From: Selaginella moellendorffii
Taxonomy: Eukaryota; Plantae; Lycopodiophyta
NCBI RefSeq assembly: GCF_000143415.4
Contig: NW_003314288.1
Coordinates: forward strand, 1,904,042-1,968,041
Length of the DNA stretch: 64,000 nucleotides
Direction of reading: 5' to 3'
Shown piece by piece: positions 59,628 through 64,000 of this stretch (position 1 is its first letter; each line of letters opens with the position of its first letter). The translations under genes and the position numbers were made by a program. Under the pieces are notes generated by a model. The model did no database searches. It was not told the DNA's origin and saw only the letters and a list, made by a program, of their open reading frames with translations.

Positions 59628-62360
59628 TTTTGTTTCTTTCCTGCTTAAAGGACCATAACTTCAGCCAACTCCAAGCTCACAGTACTTAGACAGTGGTTGG
59701 TGGACATGATACCCGTGTTGTGTCGATTCTCTCAGTCAAGACAGATGCTTGGATGGTCATGGAAGCCCCTTTTATTTTCGGATAGCCCTAGCCGTCGTGA
59801 ATGCTATTGAGGCTGGCTTGACTAGCAAGGGAGAGATGGTGGCCAACTCTCATATTGTGGAGTTTCTTAAATTATTCTAGGTTCTCAAGGAGTTCTCGGC
59901 TTCTGAGGACCAGTTGAACTACCGGTTTTCAAAGAACACTGTAGAGATGGACACTCCTCCCGTGTCCATCAAGACTCTAAGTTCACAGCTACCGGGGAAT
60001 TGCCATTGTTCCAGTCGACAGGCTGGAACAGGGAGTTGGGCTTGTGTTTGTGTTTGATGATGACATGGCAGCTCTTCCTCGAAAGCATTTTCAAGTCCTA
60101 CAGTGGTGCGACTAGGCCCTGTGTACAACTTTAACATTATGGATGATCGTGTGAAGTTTGTTTGCTTTTCTTCAAGCTCTACTTCTTGTGCTTGAGCATT
60201 TGCTATGACATGGTACCTAGCGGGTCTATTTCTTCGTATCAGAATGAAGATGATTAAAAATAAAATTGATATTTATTATTGACTATTAACACCATTGTCA
60301 AACCGAGCGTTAGCTCACCTTTGTTTGACTCGTTTGAGCACAAACTGTAATCAAACTGATCAAACCCTGTGTCATTTCATCGTTTGTGCAGGCCATCTGG
60401 GGCTCCGGTCAATGATCGGGTTGGACCGGGGGGGATCTTTTCCCATACTCCTTGTCAAAGTTAACCAGCCAATATTACTGCACTTGATTCATCCATCCAT
60501 ATTTATAAATGTAATGGCTTCATGGTGTTGGTTATCACATCAGTCTAACACAATGAAGGTTTCCAGTTTGAACCTGGATGAAGCCATGCAATTTTATTCA
60601 AGTAATCTCAATAGACTAGATGTGAAACTCTAGATTCAAGCTTTCCAATAGAAAAGGTCAATACTTTGTTCATTTTTTGAAAGAGATTTGGCCACTGAAC
60701 TGAGAAGTTTAGTTTTCAAGCATTGAATCCCAGAGCTCCTCCCACAAATTGGAGATCATGTACGTAATCCAAATGGTCATCCAGTAAACTGCTTGCGGTG
60801 GAGCTTTGAGAGAAAACAGTGAAGTGTCATGAATAGGACGCTTCATTGCATGAAAAAGGGCATACCTTATAAAAAGAGCGCAACAAAACAAGAAAATCTC
60901 CATTAAATGGTCTGGATTGTCAAGGATTCTCTTTTAGTGTGGTCAATTGCCTAGTTTCCAGCTCTTGGATGGAGAGAACACCAAAAGCTCTAGTAAAAAA
61001 AGAGAGAGAACTTATTTAACAGGAGAACCATGCAAACTCCTTCCCTCCTCTCCACCACTGACCACTTGGAATCAACTCTAAAGTCCACGTGAACCAGCTA
61101 TATATTGTTGCTCCCATTAGCACATGCAAGAACAACATATCAACCAAAATCTTATGAAAAGAGCATATCACTAAACTCTTTCACTATAAAAAACGATCTC
61201 TCATGATCAGTCTCTACAAAAAGCTGATCATGAAGGAAACACCAGTTAATTCCTAGTGCCAACCAATCAAGACTTATGTGCTAAAAACGGGGATGGTCCA
61301 AAATTGAGTTGAGCTCATGAGTTGAGCTCAATTCAACACAAGTCAACTCAAGTCAACATAGTCAATAAGAAATATTACAAAGGAGATCTAAATTGAACAA
61401 ATGAAGGTTCTAGCAAACTTTAAAATATTAAAATACGTAAATATCTAAGTTAAAAGTTTCTATAAGATTGAATTGTTTAAAAAAGACAAAGTTCATGAGA
61501 ACCTATCTTTTATAAAACTATATTATTTTATTATGACAACTGTTACAGCTGTCATATTTGATTTGACTACTTAATATTTTGAATACTTTTACAGCTGTAG
61601 ATACTATTCCTTCATTCAAAAGAGTTTTTAGGGTTCTTGAGAAGATGGGAAGCAAGGAAAATACAAGATCTGTGAGTAAGAGTTGTAGTGCAAAGGAATG
61701 TGAGAATGTTAATTTTATTTCACTACCACAATCTCCATATTACACTCCTGGTCCTTATTACCCATCTGGGAATGTGGAGACCACTATCACGATTGATAAA
61801 AATGCTCCTGTTACTTCTGAAACAACAGTCCAGAGCAAGAGAAATGAAGAAATGAACAGCACAGCGGAAAGCGCCAAGAAATCTACTCCATAAAACTTTC
61901 CATGACATTTGTAATTTACATATTAATTCATATTAAAAACTCTATTGCTTGCCTATATCGCAATCCTCTCATATGATAAGACCAAGGTATATTTTGCAGT
62001 GAATCCTCATTAAAAGTTTTTGGGAATTGTTTGTAAATAATGATAAAAGAAATCAAAATCTTTCGAAAGACTCAAAAGTAATATGACATCAAAGAATCAA
62101 CTTTATCTACATTTCCAAGACTAAAAGGCAATCTCACATGAGAGAATGGTAGCGTGCCAACGTGCTCTACCACTATAATGTGGTCTATATTTCCTTGCAA
62201 TTTATTTCCGTAGACATTTGGCATGTGTATATGTGTAGCAAAGTAGGATTCATCATAATGATAGAGCATGTGTATACACGATAATCTAAAATTCTAGAAG
62301 CTCTTATGTTTACAAGAAAGCTATGATTATGAAGCCCCATTTCCAAGACTGACATTTAAA

Positions 62361-62498
62361 GAATCTGAGTATTGTCAGTGTCATAATAAATAAACCTCAT
62401 TCCCAAGAATCTGAGTATTGTCAGTGTCATAATAAATAAACCTCGTTCCCAAGAATCTGAGTATTGTCAGTGTCATAATAAATAAACCGCATTCCCAA
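62361..62498. repeat. 46-bp tandem repeat, three copies, upstream of a TATA box
   Basis: GAATCTGAGTATTGTCAGTGTCATAATAAATAAACCTCATTCCCAA at 62361, 62407 and 62453; TATATAAA at 62512-62519. Confidence 0.92.
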
Positions 62499-62588
62499 GA
62501 CTAAAACTTAGTATATAAACTATCTAGAAAAGTTAAAGTCATTGTAGGTTTTTTGTTCTCCTTGAGCTCCTTAGAAGTTTATATTGAA

Positions 62589-63134
62589 ATGGCTCAAAGG
62601 AGACCCATTGCTAATCGTACTTGGCCCCCTAGCATTTCATATCAATCTCCACCTCCATCCCCAAGTTCTACCAACATTCCACCTTCACCTCTACATAACA
62701 ATCCTTTTTCTGCTGAGGGCTCTAGTGAAGCTGAATTAGAGCTCCCTATATGTGAAATTCCGGATCTTGCTACTAGAGAGGGATTGCCTTTAGCGCTTCA
62801 AGAGCAATGCCACATGTTTTTGCAAGATCTTGCTCCTGACATGGCAGGACTACTTGAAAGCACAGAACGCTATTACATTCGGTGTCCAATATGCTACTTT
62901 TTCTTGGACAAGACAAATGGCTCTATGGGTTTACAAACTTTTCTTGAGCACTGTAAGAATTGCCCAACGGCAGGTCTGGAAAATGTGCACATGTGGATGT
63001 ACAATAGATTCAAGAATGAGTTACAGACACATACCCACTATCGCTTCATGGTGAGGAACAACATCCCCTTGGGAAACACTGCATTGGCTAGTGCAAAATA
63101 TGGGGTTTTTAGGCCACCCTATAGTGGAATGTAA
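62589..63134 (+). CDS. Intronless 181-aa protein with a Pro/Ser-rich N-terminus and a putative CxxC..H..H zinc finger (zf-XS-like)
   Basis: Open frame in AT-rich DNA with an upstream TATA box; motif IRCPIC...GLQTFLEHCKNC...VHMWM. Confidence 0.55.
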   Translation: MAQRRPIANRTWPPSISYQSPPPSPSSTNIPPSPLHNNPFSAEGSSEAELELPICEIPDLATREGLPLALQEQCHMFLQDLAPDMAGLLESTERYYIRCPICYFFLDKTNGSMGLQTFLEHCKNCPTAGLENVHMWMYNRFKNELQTHTHYRFMVRNNIPLGNTALASAKYGVFRPPYSGM

Positions 63135-63593
63135 GATCTAGAATTACTTTAAAGCTCTATTTCGTTAAAGTGGGAATTGTCATTATCCCACTTGTAAAAT
63201 AAGGTTTCCAAACCTTTATATAGTATATAAATATAACAAAATTCAACTGCATTGAGGCACATGCCATTTTATTTTAAACAAGGAAATGTCTACTCAATCA
63301 CTTCTCCTCCCCCTGCCACTGCTTCACCTCTCTCTTCTCCTTGTCATCGTCGTCCAATTTCTTTCCATCCTTTTAATATTGGCTCAGTTGCTCCGAGTCT
63401 AGGTGGAGCCCAAGTCCCCATTCAATCTTTACTTTCCCATTATTAATAAAACAACTTCGTAGACTTCCAATAACATGCTGTAACACTTCTAGTATAATGC
63501 AAATCCTCTCAAAGAATTGTCTTTTAATATTAATACAATTGCATGGAACACCATGCCATAATAAGTTACATTTTTAAATAAATACATGCCATC

Positions 63594-63986
63594 TCAGACT
63601 GTTATTTTTTGCCTCCAACGCCTATACAATAATCTTGGAATTTCATCACTCTCCACACTATCAGGATTTAAACCCAATAGTAATGCCATCTCTTCTCTAA
63701 TACGTCCACGCTCATGTTCAGTGGTCGAAGAACCCATCCGGTTGAGCAGATTATGGAGATGCGGATAGTGCTTGGCTAGACAATATACATGCCATAAATG
63801 ATGACTGGTGTCTGTCCGATCAAATGGCTTCTGATATACCGTTCCATCTGCCATTTGGTTGATTTCTGCAGCCACCTCCTGGACTGGCCGGTTCTCTATC
63901 ACCATCGCTCCAAGCCGTTTTGCAAGGTCCCCCAGAACATACGGTTTCTTCTCCCTAGTTTCCATACTGCAAGAGATGGGGTGCAC
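63594..63986 (-). CDS. Hypothetical protein (3' part or last exon); may continue beyond the window
   Basis: 130-codon open frame with protein-like composition in AT-rich context; no recognised motif. Confidence 0.4.
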   Translation of the reverse strand: MHPISCSMETREKKPYVLGDLAKRLGAMVIENRPVQEVAAEINQMADGTVYQKPFDRTDTSHHLWHVYCLAKHYPHLHNLLNRMGSSTTEHERGRIREEMALLLGLNPDSVESDEIPRLLYRRWRQKITV

Positions 63987-64000
63987 TGCATATGTGTGCG

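Noticed and set aside
58400-61400. Protein-coding genes among the short ORFs in this interval
   Set aside because: Exon-like fragments contain stops and no recognisable family; left unannotated
62361-62498. CRISPR-like array
   Set aside because: The units are head-to-tail with no unique spacers, there are no cas genes and the context is eukaryotic

Overview
Gene-dense eukaryotic nuclear DNA from a land plant. Introns of about 50-70 nt, intergenic gaps often under 300 bp, expanded intronless PLS-type PPR genes, a ciliary ODF3/SHIPPO gene and a Tcn1-like chromovirus point to the lycophyte Selaginella (inferred, not verified). From left to right: the 3' end of a CD2BP2/OCRE gene, a divergent but catalytically intact Argonaute, a synaptotagmin, and a small conserved protein. 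Next is a ~15 kb nested transposon island: a decayed hAT transposase split by a full-length Ty3/gypsy chromovirus (TSD ATCTA, -1 frameshift signal, apparent self-priming PBS) and by a Ty1/copia derivative with young LTRs but an eroded interior. Then come an AP2/ERF gene, a frameshifted pectin methylesterase, sucrose-phosphate synthase, tRNA-Phe, three PPR genes, an ODF3-like gene, a bacterial-type erythromycin-esterase-family gene with one intron (horizontal transfer candidate), PP2A methylesterase, a repeat-rich coiled-coil protein, MIC10, a tafazzin/NAPE-synthase-family acyltransferase, and MPP6 and RPC4 head-to-head. The last ~11 kb is AT-rich, with decayed duplicated gene relics, a tRNA-His pseudogene and a cluster of short orphan ORFs around a 3x46 bp TGAC-rich tandem repeat. 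Exon structures were read by eye; family assignments come from remembered motifs, with no database search.
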